Assembly (NCBI RefSeq): GCF_006345805.1
Contig: NC_043005.1
Location: 49,352,001-49,416,000, forward strand
Reading direction: 5' to 3'
Length of the DNA: 64,000 nt
Origin: Octopus sinensis
Lineage: Eukaryota
How positions within the stretch are numbered: the stretch's first letter is position 1; each line of letters begins with the position of its first letter. The notes under the pieces were generated by a model. That model made no database searches, had not been told where the DNA came from, and was given only the letters and a program-made list of their open reading frames with translations. The position numbers and the translations under genes were made by a program. Positions 11,052 through 24,719 of the stretch are shown piece after piece.

Positions 11052-13527
11052 CAGTGGTTTCCAACCTTTTTGTGATTGCGTACCACTTGGAAGTTTCGTG
11101 CAGCCGCCGCGTACAACCTGGTTCCAGAAAAACTCAATTCGATCAGATATCAGTTTAATCACAAGTAGAAAACATAAATAAACTAACAACAAAGAACACA
11201 ACTCAATTTAATGTGAAGGCTGAATTTGTTTCTTTTCCCCCAGTTGGTCAATGTAGGGCATAACCTTGCTCAAAACGCATCGGAAATAGCGGGCAGGCGC
11301 AGCAAGTCGGTTCCGGCTCTTGGACTTGGTGGCCAGTAAGGCTGAGAATTCCTGCTCACACTCCCACGCAGAGGGGAAAATCAGTAGCTGGGGAACAGCG
11401 TGACGGGCTAGTGTCAGATACAACAAGGCCATACTTAGCTAGAAGTTTATAGGAGAGCATTCTTTGTGCTTCGTCTTTGCTGTCTCGTCAGCCGAATATC
11501 TAAGAATTCCTCTTGTTCCCCGGTCCCGACAGGCAACTCGGCTGGATCAACGGAGAATGGATTGGCGATGTAGGCACATGTCACGTCCGGGAAGTAATGC
11601 ATCAACTCAGTCTTGAGCAGTGAGGTGACGGACGATTTCTTGGGCAAATTCATCACTGGACTCCCTGTCAAATGTAGCCAGAAGTCCGAACATTCTGTAG
11701 CGTTTGCTCTCCATGTTCTTCAACCAGTGATCCAACTTCAGGACAAACTCTCCCAGCTTCGAGATGAACTTTGTGACAGTGCAGTTGAGCCCTTGAAACG
11801 ACAGGTTTAAGTGGTTGAGGGCTCCAAAAATGTCCGACAGGTAGGCCAACCTTGAGATAAACTCCTCGTTCTCCAGATCTTTTTGAAAATCGTATTCCTT
11901 CTCCGTGGAGAAAACAAGAAATTCATCCCTCAGTTCAAAGAAACGCCTCGTCACATTACCCTGGGTGAGCCAGCGAATCTGTGTGGTAGAGGAGACAGAT
12001 GTGGTCGGAGCCGAAATTTTCGCAGAGCAGCTTGAACAGATGAGTATTCAGAACCGACGTTTTGACGAAATTCTCGATTCTGATAACTGGGCTCAAGCAT
12101 GAAAAAAAACTTCAGAAGGAGCACCTGAGCAGAAAGGGCGAATCTGTGTATGAAACAATGGACAGCGGTGTTGTTTGGTGACACAGCTTTCACATGGGCT
12201 TGAATACCTGACTTTCGACCGAGCCCCATCTGTTGTGCATCCGACCAACTTTTCCCAATCCAGTTCATTCTGCTTGAAGAAATTGCCCAAAACGAAAATA
12301 TCCTTTCCTTTAGTTGTACTGGACAGTTCCTGGCTCAATAGTACCTCAGCCTTCACAGCATTATTTTGCGTGAAGTGGACGTAGGCAAAGTAGCTGACAG
12401 CAGTTGGTGGCGTCCGTCGATTTGTCGAGTTGAATGGTAAACCCATATTTTGAGGCTCTCACTTCCTCAATCACTTGGTCGGCAATGTCGACCGATATCC
12501 CCTCGATACGGTGCTGTATAGTGTTGTTAGAGACGGAAACACTCTCCAACTTCGCCACCGTCTCCTCTCCATTTGCGTGCCTGACCAAGAGCTTTGCCGC
12601 TGGCACGACGAGAAACTCTGCAATAGTATGTGCCTTCATGTTTCTGACCACCAGGAGAGCAACTTAATAGGATGCTTTCTCAATTCCTGTCCTCTTCTGG
12701 CAGATCTAGCCAGTTTTGACTATGCGCTGCCGCTTTACGTTCTCGCCAAGTCGCTGGAAGTAACTCTGAACTAGGCCCTTCTTGTCCGCGTGATTCGTCT
12801 CAAGATGACGTTTGAGCAGGCTGGGTTTCATGGCCGCATTGGAAAGGGACTTTATACAGACCACATACTGCGGAAGAGCTTCTCTTCCTTCTTCGATTGC
12901 ATATTATCAAATCCTGTGGAAAAGTAAAAAAAAAAAAATCAATAAAAAAATAAAGAAATATAAAAATTAAAAAATATACAAAATAATATTAATACTACTA
13001 ATAATAAAACTATACACAATAAGAAAATTATGGATATGAAAGTAACAAATCGTTGCCAGATTACTTTGTGTAAAGCAGTAAACACTTTTGTGAAGAAAAT
13101 ATTAACTTGTAACGACACACCTGCCTCGCTAGCCCCAAGTCAGCCTCTACCCAGCCCAGGGAGAACAAAGACACGCACCAGAAACCAAACAAACAACTGT
13201 CATTTATTAATGAGCTCACGGAACATTTTATACGCGCGTGCCACTCCAGATCACTCACAGCATCACACCATACTCAAGGTCACGCACATTGGTTGGACGG
13301 CGCTGATCACTGCACTAAGAGCGAATAAAAGGTAACCAGTGGTATGCCAGTAATCGAAAAGTACTGATTACTGGTTGATTGATTTGGAAAGCATTAATCA
13401 CATGCTGGCCGAATAATGGAAACGGCACAAACTAAAAATCGCATATTACCCCGAAAGTGCTCGCGTACCACCTGGAAAGCCTTCGGGTACCACTAGTGGT
13501 ATGCGTACCATAGGTTGGGAACGACTG
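11052..13527 (-). mobile_element. Full-length hAT transposon, Buster/Charlie type (ZBED5/SCAND3-like transposase), frameshifted
   Basis: TIRs cagtggtttccaacc and cagtcgttcccaacc, with the 8-bp TSD ccctagac at 11044-11051 and 13528-13535 (NNNTANNN). Minus-strand peptides include KAHTIAE...SNNTIQHRI...IQLDKSTD, HCFIHRFAL, RLAYLSDIF and ECEQEFSAL. Confidence 0.93.
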
Positions 13528-14454
13528 CCCTAGACCCTACCCCTAAACTCTAACCTTAATCCTAACCCTAATCCCAGACCTTGACGCTAAACTCAACCCT
13601 ATCCTTAACCCAGTTCCTAACCCAGATCTGATCATTTCAGTGTAGACTACGGGTACTAAGTAGACGGTAGCCTGAATGACACCCACATTTCAGATTGCTT
13701 TTAGAAAAGGTGCAAGACCCACAGATTACATCTCAGTGGCTCGCCCACCTGTTGCCAATCCCTGGATTAAGGCTTGAATGGATGATTGGATTTCATGGTT
13801 GTTTTTTGTTTTGTACACGTAAGAATGTTGTCAAAGTTATTTAGTGTGATATGGGTTAGGTTGGTGAAATCTGCATCCAATTAACATAACCCACATTCCG
13901 CTTACAATATAACCAGCAGCGCTTTACGAGACGAAGACCTGCACGTTGTTTGCGGAAAGAAAAACTCATGTCTTATTAAAACTTGAAAATGTTTAAAATT
14001 GAATGCAACGTATTTCTGACATTTCTTTGGGCTTGTCGACATGAGTTGTTTTGAATTTGTCTCTAGCGAATAGGTATAGTCGTTCTGTTCTACTTCAACG
14101 TTTTATTAGTAGTTATGTTATCAACACCTGATTGTATCGTTTTCATGAGAAAGCTTATCTCCTGACCCTTATCTCCTGATCAGAACAGTAAGATATTGAA
14201 ACACGAAATCACACACCAGCAAACAAAATAAATAAATATTATATACAAAGAGAATTGAAATGTGTGTGAGTGTTATTTGAATTTGTAATATAAACATGTA
14301 TCCCATCCAAGTTTTATAATTCACTATAAGCACGATTTCGTTTCTCGGATGTAAAGTACTGACAACTGAAATTTTTATCTTCTTCAAAAAACTTTCATTA
14401 ATCCTTAGCTCATAAACAGTTGTGCTACATACGGAGAGTATTGTCTCCATTAGA

Positions 14455-14975
<521 letters not shown>

Positions 14976-15149
14976 CAATCGTTACTAAAGTGACCAGGCG
15001 TGCAAGTTAGCATATATATATAAAAAATAATCGTTTATATCTTTGAAATAAATCGTTATTTCGAAATAAATACATAGTAAACAATACTCACGTTAGAAAT
15101 TTGAAATAAATAGAAATTTTCTGTTTATTATGTACTGAATTAGTGTCCA

Positions 15150-15560
15150 AAACGACAAGCATTTCTAACTTATGTACAAGACCACACATTTTAGTGAGGA
15201 GCAGTTGATTTATCTAGCCCCTCCCTATCTTCTGGTTAAATCAAATATTCTATCTAAATAAGACTTGTATTAACCATCTCCATGCTGGTCTTGTAAAAAC
15301 AAATCCAACCTCGATCTATCAATTTCTGGTGTCTGACTGTATAGCCAACGATACCGTCCTTTTCAGAACGCAGTTCTGGGCTGGTTATATTGGAATTCTG
15401 GGTTGCTCAGAGGCCAGGACCTCTCTCATAATCTCACTCATGGCCTCTTAAGGGCGCAACCCTGGGCTGTCTGTATTGAAATTCTGAGTTGCCCAAAGGC
15501 CAGGATCTCCCTCAAAACCTCACTGGTATGGTCGAAAGAAATGCGAAGGAATAGATTTGG
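15150..15560 (-). mobile_element. Possible old Tx1-like endonuclease remnant with an ~84-bp internal tandem duplication
   Basis: The minus strand gives PAWRW...KSYLDRIF, resembling PQWTW...YIDRIF of the element at 769. A duplicated unit spans about 15378-15525. Confidence 0.4.
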
Positions 15561-16267
15561 TATCATTTTTGGCTGTAGGTTGTTGTCGGCATAGTGGTGA
15601 GTATAACCAAACCGTACTTTGGATTTCTACTACGCATTTATTGAGATTTACTCACTACCTTTTACTAACAAGACTGTGTCAGCTATTACCCATAATCAAC
15701 AATCACGATTCGTGACGCTAGACAGAGTATCGATACCAAGTGCTGTCAGCCGGAACTAGCCGAGTTCGGGATTCGTGTGAAACAGGGAAACACACTGAAC
15801 GAGTTATTGAAGTCATTAGCCACTACCGGTGATAGCAGAGCATGGCCTTTGAAGTACTCGCAAATGCCCCGGTTGTTAGCCGCTCATATTTAAGTAAGAT
15901 GTATTGCGATAAAGAAGACAGTGGAGAATGAAGAAAATAAAAAGAAAACAATGAAAGCAATTTCTAAACCCCAGTTCAAATGTTTTTACAATTTATGAGG
16001 ATAGGTGTCTTAAGGCATGAGATTAGGCGTCTTGACGGACAAAAATGACAGATTACCTTACACGGGAACACAAAAAGAGATTAATTTCCTCATTTACCGT
16101 GCTGCTTAAATTGCATCTTACACAGCCACTTTCCTGTTCTATTTTTCTTGTTTAGACACACACCACCAGTACCAACAATAACTACGCCAGCACCATCGTC
16201 ATTTCTCTCTCCCTCTATATCTCGTTATATTCTCGCTGAAATCTCTTTCTCTCTCTCTCTTCCCCTA

Positions 16268-16407
16268 CGTATGTATGTATGTATGTATGTATGTATGTAT
16301 GTATGTATGTATGTATGTATGTATGTATGTATGTATGTATGTATGCATGCATGTGTGTATGTGTGTATGTGTGTATGTATGTATGTATGTATGTATGTAT
16401 GTATGTA

Positions 16408-16438
<31 letters not shown>

Positions 16439-16640
16439 ATGTATGCATGTATGCATGTATGCATGTGTGTATGTGTGTATGTGTGTATGTATGTATGTAT
16501 GTATGTATGTATGTATGTATGTATGTATTATGTATGTATGTATGTATGCATGTATGTATGTGTGTATGTGTGTATGTGTGTATGTATGTATGTATGTATG
16601 TGTGTATGTGTGTATGTATGTGTGTATGTGTGTATGTATG

Positions 16641-16671
<31 letters not shown>

Positions 16672-16674
16672 GTG

Positions 16675-16725
<51 letters not shown>

Positions 16726-16730
16726 ACATA
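16268..16730. repeat. (GTAT)n / (GT)n / (TA)n microsatellite block
   Basis: Read directly from the sequence. Confidence 0.95.
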
Positions 16731-16771
16731 TACACAGATGGTGAATGGACATATAATACATGTATAATATC

Positions 16772-17068
16772 CATTCGAGCGTGATCGTTACCAACGTCGC
16801 CTTACTGGCACCTGTGCCGGTGGCATGTGTAAAAAGATTCGAGCGTGGTCATTGCCAGTACCGCCTGACTGGCTCCCCCGTGCCGGCGACACGTAAAAAG
16901 CACCCACTACACTCTCGGAGTGGTTGGCGTTAGGAAGGGAATCCAGCTGTAGAAACACTGCCAGATCAAGGTTGGAGCCTGGTGTAGCCATCTGGTTCGC
17001 CAGCCCTCAGTCAAAATTGTCCAACCCATGCTAGCGTGGAAAGCGGACGATAAACGATGATGATGATA
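16772..17068 (+). mobile_element. RTE-family 3' UTR/tail fragment (or SINE sharing it) ending in (GAT)n
   Basis: Homologous to the reverse complement of 38600-38880. Ends aacccatgctagcgtggaaagcggacgataaacgatgatgat. Confidence 0.8.
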
Positions 17069-17093
17069 ATGATGATGATGATGATATCTCTCT

Positions 17094-17176
<83 letters not shown>

Positions 17177-17199
17177 TCGTCTCGTTGTTTTATATATAT

Positions 17200-17240
<41 letters not shown>

Positions 17241-17246
<6 letters not shown>

Positions 17247-18121
17247 GTTCGGGCTAAATTTGACGAGTTTTTATGTTTCAGCAACAGCGTGATGCACTGG
17301 TGAATAGTCAACGGCGTTGGAGAGCATGAAGACTAAAGTTGTAGTTGAGAAAAAGGAAGCTGACATAGAGAACAGGAAGCCATCTGAATATTGGAAAAGG
17401 GTTACATGTGTCATGATGATTAATGCTGTGTATCAAAATGCGGACATCATGATTTGCTGCTCAGTGCTCTGTGAACACAGTAAAGGTTGTAAGATGTGAC
17501 ATAGACAAATGCAACAGAGACTACGAAGCTGTGGTCAGCAGATCCTTAGGTGTGTCTCCAGTAAGGGTGACACCATACCGCTCCAAATGTTTGAACAGGG
17601 CCTTAGGTTCAATTCAGACGGCCATATGAAGCTGCTGGAGACTGTGGTTACATCCTGGCTGGAGAGGATTGCCGCTAGAAGGCCATATGTGTAGCAACAG
17701 GATTCGGTTCCTTGCCGTACCAGAAGAAAGAGTCAGAGGTGGTTGTCAGAGAATTTTTACGACTTCATCAGCCCCCAATTTCTGTCATTTAATTCCCTCG
17801 ATTGTAAACCTATGGATTATTATGCGTAGGGTGCGGTCGAAAAAGACACCAACTGCTCTTTCTGCAACACTAAGGCCGAGCTGGTCGCTATGATCAAAGA
17901 AGTGTTCGAAGATTTACCCAAATTCACAATGAGGAACTCATGCGCCTGGTTCCAAAGCCGTCTTGAGACACGTGGAGGATGCTGAAGGCAGGTTCTTTGA
18001 GTACCCAGCCATAACCCAATTGATATTTCTCGGTTTTTTTAAATATACTTTTATTTTTGGGTGGGAATTGTATTTTCTTCTGGTTTCATGCAAACTGTCG
18101 AATTTAGCCAAAGACCCTCTG
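17241..18121 (+). mobile_element. Internally deleted maT / DD37D Tc1-mariner element
   Basis: Imperfect TIRs cagagtgttcgggctaaatttgac and cagagggtctttggctaaattcgac. In QQDSVPCRT...NSLDCKPMDYY there are exactly 37 residues between the second and third catalytic D. Confidence 0.85.
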
Positions 18122-18150
18122 TATATATATATATATATATTATATATTAT

Positions 18151-18190
<40 letters not shown>

Positions 18191-18200
18191 TATATATATG

Positions 18201-18245
<45 letters not shown>

Positions 18246-18311
18246 GTGTGTGTTGGTGTGTGAGTGTGTGTGTGTGTATGTGTATGTGGGGAGAGAGAGA
18301 GAGAGAGATAC

Positions 18312-19478
18312 ATGTACAGCAAGGGCTGGTTTGATAAATTTCGAAGGAGGTTTAACCTTAAGAGTGTGTCCCCGCATGGAGAAGCTGCCTCTGCTAACAA
18401 ACCCGCTGCTGAGGAGTACGTGAACGAGACGTTCAACACCATCGTCGAGGAAGGGGGATATTCGCGTGAACAAGTTTTCTGTATGGATAAGACTGGCCTC
18501 TTTTGGAAACGGATACCATCGCGGACTTTCATTATGAAGGAGGAAGCTAGAGCCCCTGGATTTAAGGCGTACAAAAATCGCGTCACAATTATAATGTGTG
18601 GAAATGCTGCAGGTTTTATCATAAAGCCAGGACTTATTCATAATTAAAAACAACCCAAGGGCCCTCAAAAACAAAAATAAGAACTTGATGCATGTGCATT
18701 GGATGCACAACCAGAAGGCATGGATAACGAAACCACTGACATCGGATTGGTTTCACCAGTGCTTCATTCCCGAAGTCATGGTTTATCTTGCCGAGAAAGG
18801 AGTGGAATTCAAAGTGTTTCTCCTAATGGACAATGCTGGAGGTCACGCACTCAACTTGTTGTAAGAGGGCGTACAAATCGAATTCTTACCGCTGAGCACC
18901 ACATCGCTGTTCTAGCCCATGGATCAAGGCTTTACTTATGCTTTTAAGGCGCTCTATACGCGAAAATCCCTGCAACATCTGGTCGAGGCTATGGACTCAG
19001 ATGATAATTTCTCACTGAAGGCGTACTGGCGTGGGTACACCATTGCACCGTGTCACCAAAATATTCAGAAGGCCATAAAAGAAATGAAAAACGAAACTTT
19101 GAATGCCAGCTAGAAGAAATTGTGGCCAGAAGCGGTCCACAACTATAAAGGATTCTCTCCTGACGAAATCCACCACTCTAGAGTAGATAAGGCAGTGAAG
19201 CTGGCAAAATTGTCAGGAGGAGATGGCTTCATCGATATGACTACCAAGGACGTTAAAAACCTGATCGAGGCCCACTCAGATCCGTTAACAGATGAAGATC
19301 TGACAGAGATGACGAAGTCAGCAAGTGAGAAGGAACAAGAGGATCCAGGGGAGGAGGAAGAAGAAGAAGAAGAAGAAGAAGAAGAAGAAGAAGAAGAAGA
19401 AGAAGGAGAAGGAGGAGGAGGAGGAGGAGGAAGAAGAAGAAGAAGAAGAAGAAGAAGAAGAAGAAGAAGAAGAAGAAG

Positions 19479-19509
<31 letters not shown>

Positions 19510-19907
19510 CGGCTTATCACTAGAACGCTTCTCAATTCTAGCAAAAACGGCAAAAGTACTTCAGAGATTGGCGAAAAATTGGGACCTTCAGATGATTCGT
19601 GCGTTGCAGTTCAGAAATGAAGTCGACGGAGCCATGGACGTTTATAAAAACCTCCTCACACAGAAGAAAAGGCGGCGCGAGCAACTACCCATCATTATGT
19701 TTCTCACCCGCAAAAGAGAAGACACGGTTACTCTTAAGAGTGTAGGGAGAGTTTTATAAAAGCTTAAATATACAAAAATAATAAAATAAATATATACAAA
19801 TTATAAAAATAATTAAAAATATACGGTACAGTACTGTTTCTACTTCGCGGATTTTCACCTATCGCGGTGGGTTTTGGAACGTAACACCCGCGATAGTCGA
19901 GGGATTA
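18312..19907 (+). mobile_element. Tigger/pogo (TIGD1-like) transposon, 5'-truncated and degenerate
   Basis: SKGWFDKFRRRFNLK (CENP-B type HTH), MDKTGLFWKRIPSRTF, LLMDNAGGH, PMDQGF, WPEAVHNYKGF. The 3' end resembles a Tigger TIR (cgagggatta). Confidence 0.88.
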
Positions 19908-19959
19908 ACCAACAAAAATCGTCTTAATTTACCGTCTTCCTCTTCCTATAACCACCACC

Positions 19960-20225
19960 ATAACAATCTCCGTCGCTGCCACGCTGTCGCCACCACGCTG
20001 TCGCCACCACGCTGTCGCCACCACGCTGTCGCCACCACGCTGTCGCCACCATGCTGCCGCCACCAAGCCGCCCCACCATGCCGCCCCCGCTCCCTCCACG
20101 CCGCCACCACGCCACTGCCACGCCACCGCCGCCGACAGCACCACGACTACCACAACTATCACCACCACCACGACCACCACCACTAAAGCTGCTGCCGCCT
20201 CCGCCACCACCGCCACCACCGTGAC
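19960..20225. repeat. 14-bp minisatellite (acgctgtcgccacc) x5-6 grading into (CCA/CCG)n
   Basis: Units read directly at 19981-20064. Confidence 0.9.
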
Positions 20226-20718
20226 CATCAGTGCCATTAATAAAAATGTAACATGTAACACAAGTGAAATGTAAAGAAGTAAAGAAGGAAAGAAGAAAGA
20301 GAAAGTAAAAACTAGCACACTTTATTGTTAAAGACGACAGAATAATCAACTTGCAGGTCCGATCGTAAAACTCTCAAGTGTAGTTGTGAAGTTCTTTAAG
20401 CATATTAACAATCAAGGTGATAGTATACAGGTGAACAAAAAAGAAAAATAATAAATATAAAGAAGCGCAAAGAACAGTCAATAATAAAGTAAACAAACAG
20501 GGGGATATGCTGGAAGGGAATATTTAACATAAAAGATTTGAAAGTAAGGCAAACATAAATAGTGAAGGCATAATTTTTTAATCATTTTGATAGCGTGAGA
20601 ACTGTGGTTCCTGTCTTGGTCGGTGCATGTCTCAGTTCTCTGGTCTCTTTTTTTCTCTTGTATGTATGTATGTATGTATGTATGTATGTATGTATGTATG
20701 TATGTATGTATGTATGTA

Positions 20719-20749
<31 letters not shown>

Positions 20750-22054
20750 ATGTATGTATGTATGTATGTATGTGTGTGTATGTATGTATCTATGTGTGTA
20801 TGTATGTATGTATAAATGTATGCAAGCTTGCATGCATGTATGTATGTATGTATGTATGTATGTATGTATGTATGTATGTATGTATGTATTTACGTATCAA
20901 GGGTAGAACAGAAAGGATACAACAAGAAGTTAGACGAAATCAGAGCAAACGGGAAGCAAAACGAAAACTTAACAGACGAGAAATGAGACAAAGACACGAT
21001 ACACGGGATATTCGCAACTGAGTTTTCCTCGTAAGTCAATGAGGTTTTGCAGCTGAGTTTTCCTCGTCAGTCAATATCAGAGCAGTTTCAGGCCAATTAC
21101 CATTGATACTGCTCAATTTGCAGGCGCCAGTACTTTTTTATTAAACTACTGGGAAAAAGCTAGTGAATATGTACAAACAAGACATTACATAAGTACAACA
21201 GACAAAGAATTATGCATATATAATAGCACGAAGCCTTACGGCTGTATACAAAGGGAGAGAAAAGTAAAAATTTTACATATACCACAAATACAACAGAAAG
21301 AGCTTTTCAGCTATCGAACGGGGTTACGCAAAGAGGAAATGGAGTAAGTCCTAACGGACTAAGCGGGACCCGAGGCCAGCATGACCCGTCAGGTTAAACG
21401 TAGGGCGAAACAGAACAATATTGCCTTCGCCGGACACCGATCACGTAGTAGGCAAGGGAGGCAAGCGAGAGTGGAAAGAGAGTGTAAGAGTGGAGAAAGA
21501 GATAGAGTAAGAGTAGAGATGGAAAGAGATGTAAGCATGTATGTATGTATGTATGTATCTATGTATGTATGTATGTATGTATGTATGTATGCATGTATGT
21601 ATGTATGTATGTATGTATGTATCTATGTATGTATGTATGCATGTATGTATGTATGTATGTATGTATGTATGTATGTATGTATGTATGTATGTATGTATGT
21701 ATGTGCCGGAACAGAAATTCTCAGGCTGGTGTCCAAGTGCGCAGTAAGCCCACCGGGAGTGAGGGACTACTGCTCTTTGTTAAGACATTCTCGTAGGAGA
21801 ATGTTAACTCGTACCGTATATAAAACCCGCTGCTCTAATAAGTCGGATATCTTGCAATTTGCTTGTTTCTGGGCTTCTTGGTATTGCTAGTCGATGATGG
21901 TGTTGTGCAAGCCACAGTTGAGTTAAAACCTTTGCATGGGGCATTGCCGGCCTTCAACACTTAACATCTTGTGTTCTTGTGGTAGGAACTACCAATTATA
22001 AGTCAACTTGTTAACGATGGTCATGTTCGGCTAACGAATGGAAAGTCATAATGT

Positions 22055-22103
<49 letters not shown>

Positions 22104-22477
22104 TACATACATACATACACACATACATACATACATACATACATACATACATACATACATACATACATACAGACAGACAGACATACATACATACAGACAT
22201 ACATACAGACAGACACACACACACACACATTAATAATAATAATGATAATAATAATAATAATAATGTGGTACATCACACATATTGAGAAGAGCATTGTCGA
22301 TGTGAGAACTGTTGCTGCTCATGTATTTTAATTTAACTTAAAAAAAAAAAAAAGAAATGAACGAACTATTGAGTTTGGTTTAATGGCCTACCAATGTATA
22401 CTATGAGGTTCTTTGCCCTAGGAGTCGGGAAGACACTCGGCAAGAAATGGAAGCAAATTTGAAAGAAGAAAAAAAAA

Positions 22478-22524
<47 letters not shown>

Positions 22525-22821
22525 GAGTAAGGAGACTTGTACATCCACAAAATTTATTTTATAGTTATATACAGCATAATATAATCACCTGCAGCGACTA
22601 CACTCTGTCGCAAATGCAACCTTGCAATATTGTCGATGCAGCTTCATCAGGGTCCGTCCATTTGGTCATTCTCAAAGTCAACTGATTGTTGTGTGATTAA
22701 AAAGCATACTTGCTACACATGCAACCATGTAGCTTTGGGTTCAGTCCTACTGAGCGGCACCTTGTCTTCTACTAAGGCTTTGCGAGTGGGTTGGGAGACG
22801 AAAACTGTAAGAAGCTCGTCG

Positions 22822-22936
<115 letters not shown>

Positions 22937-23107
22937 ATAATCAAAATAAGCAACAAGGATATCCAGAAGTAATGCATTACGATCGTTTCAGGTGACTCTA
23001 TTTAATTGAACAATGCAAACATTACATCAATTTAAAATGTAGAGCAATCTTCAGCTGCACAAAAAACATAGAATTTAATTAAATTTGAAGGACATAGTAT
23101 AATTTTA

Positions 23108-23265
23108 TCCAAGATCTCCAAGAGGATGTGGAGATAGACAAAGAACGTGTTTTACCAACAACATCACAGTTGTAACTGTGAGTTACAACTGTGATGTTAC
23201 AACTGTGATGTTTGTTCGTAAAACATGTGCTTTGTCTATCTTCTTATCCTCTTGGAGATTTTGGA
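23108..23265. repeat. ~158-bp imperfect palindrome (fold-back)
   Basis: The arm tccaagatctccaagagga...catcacagttgtaac matches the reverse complement of gttacaactgtgatg...cttggagattttgga at roughly 85%. Confidence 0.85.
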
Positions 23266-24239
23266 CGACAACGACGGCAACCACCACCACAACCACCATC
23301 ACCACCTCTTTCTCTTTCCCTCCTCTCTATCCCCTCCCATCCCTCTTGCCCATCCACTCCCCTATATCCCCTCTCCCTTCTCCCCATCTCCCCTATCTCT
23401 CTGCCTTTCTTTAACCTCACCATCAGAACATCACTCCTCAGCTAAAATTACATTTTTAACACTCCTCCTCCTCTACCTTCAACTAACTTTTTGACCACGT
23501 AATAAATATTACATTCCCCTTACCTCATGTCATGGACGCTTCTCTCTCTTTACATCGTAGCACGTATCAATACAATTAAATACCTTAATTCCTAATTAGA
23601 ATAGCCAGTGTCCCATATTGTAGTCTCTCTCTCTCAGCGCCGCTAGCTCCAACTTGCCAAGCTCCTGAATCCAACCGCTTGCTCCTAAAATCCCAACTGC
23701 TTGCCCTGACTTCCAAAATCCGACTGTCCTCTTTGACGACCGAATACCAACTGTCCCCCATCACTACCCCTCAATCTGTCTCTACTGCTCATACCCTCTC
23801 CATCTGCTCTCAGCCCTAACTGCCTATCTCTATCCTCAATCTGTCTCTTAGCCTTATACTCTCTCTATCTGCTCTCAGCCCTAACTGCCTATCTCTGTCG
23901 CGCTGCTGCTGTCATTCTCTCATGACAACTCTCAGATCCCTTACTCTATCTTTCTCACTACTTTCCTCTTCCTCGGCCCTCACATCTCTCTGACCCCCAA
24001 TCGACCGCACAAGGTCAAAAGGTACCTCCAAAAAGCCATTACTCTTCCAGTAAACAAAGGGCTGTTGCTTTTCTTCCAGACGTGCAGGAGCCAATCATTC
24101 ACAAAGTGGGTCAAGAAATACTGCACTAGCCAAACTATAACAATATAATATGATATAATATATATATATATATATATAATATATATATATATATTATATA
24201 TATATATATATATACTTTATAAATATATATATATATATA

Positions 24240-24282
<43 letters not shown>

Positions 24283-24284
<2 letters not shown>

Positions 24285-24633
24285 TCTTTACTCTTTTACT
24301 TGTTTCAGTCATTTGAATGCGGCCATGCTGGAGCACCGCCTTTAATCGAGCAACTCGACCCCGGACTTATTCTTTTGTAAGCCCAGTACTTATTCTATCG
24401 GTTGTCAAGCAATGCGAGCGGGGGGGGGGACAAACACAGACACACAAACACACACCAATGCATAGATATATATATACATATATACGACGGGCTTCTTTTC
24501 AGTTTCCGTCTACCAAATCCACTCACAAGGTTTTGGTCGGTCCGAGACACTTGCCCAAGGTGCCACGCAGTGGGACTGAACCCGGAACCATGTGGTTGGT
24601 AAACAAGCTACTTACCACACAGCCACTCCTGCG
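24283..24633 (-). mobile_element. SINE family A, near full length
   Basis: Head at 24633, internal microsatellite, tail ...cagtcatttgaatgcggccatgctggagcaccgcc and a (tactcttt)n end. Confidence 0.9.
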
Positions 24634-24690
<57 letters not shown>

Positions 24691-24719
24691 ATATATATAT
24701 ATACATACATATATATATG

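Noticed and set aside
9988-11672. ~790-bp direct duplication of the hAT right end and its flank
   Set aside because: The copies abut a 100-N scaffold gap and differ by scattered 1-bp indels. This is typical of unmerged overlapping contig ends or haplotigs, not a biological duplication.
13528-13625. TAACCC-like arrays as a telomere or fusion relic (also 25313-25378)
   Set aside because: They are short, highly degenerate and embedded in interspersed elements.
14030-14450. Possible Tc1/mariner 5' remnant on the minus strand
   Set aside because: Only a vague resemblance, with no TIR or catalytic motif recoverable.
19120-20349. Poly-E/R/K, poly-L and Gly/Val-rich ORFs
   Set aside because: They are frames of the (GAA)n tract in the Tigger remnant and of the CCA/CCG repeats, not host genes.
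22585-22657. Minus-strand CUGAUGA followed by hairpins, a possible second hammerhead
   Set aside because: The GAAA core reads GACA and no valid NUH or stem III geometry could be built.
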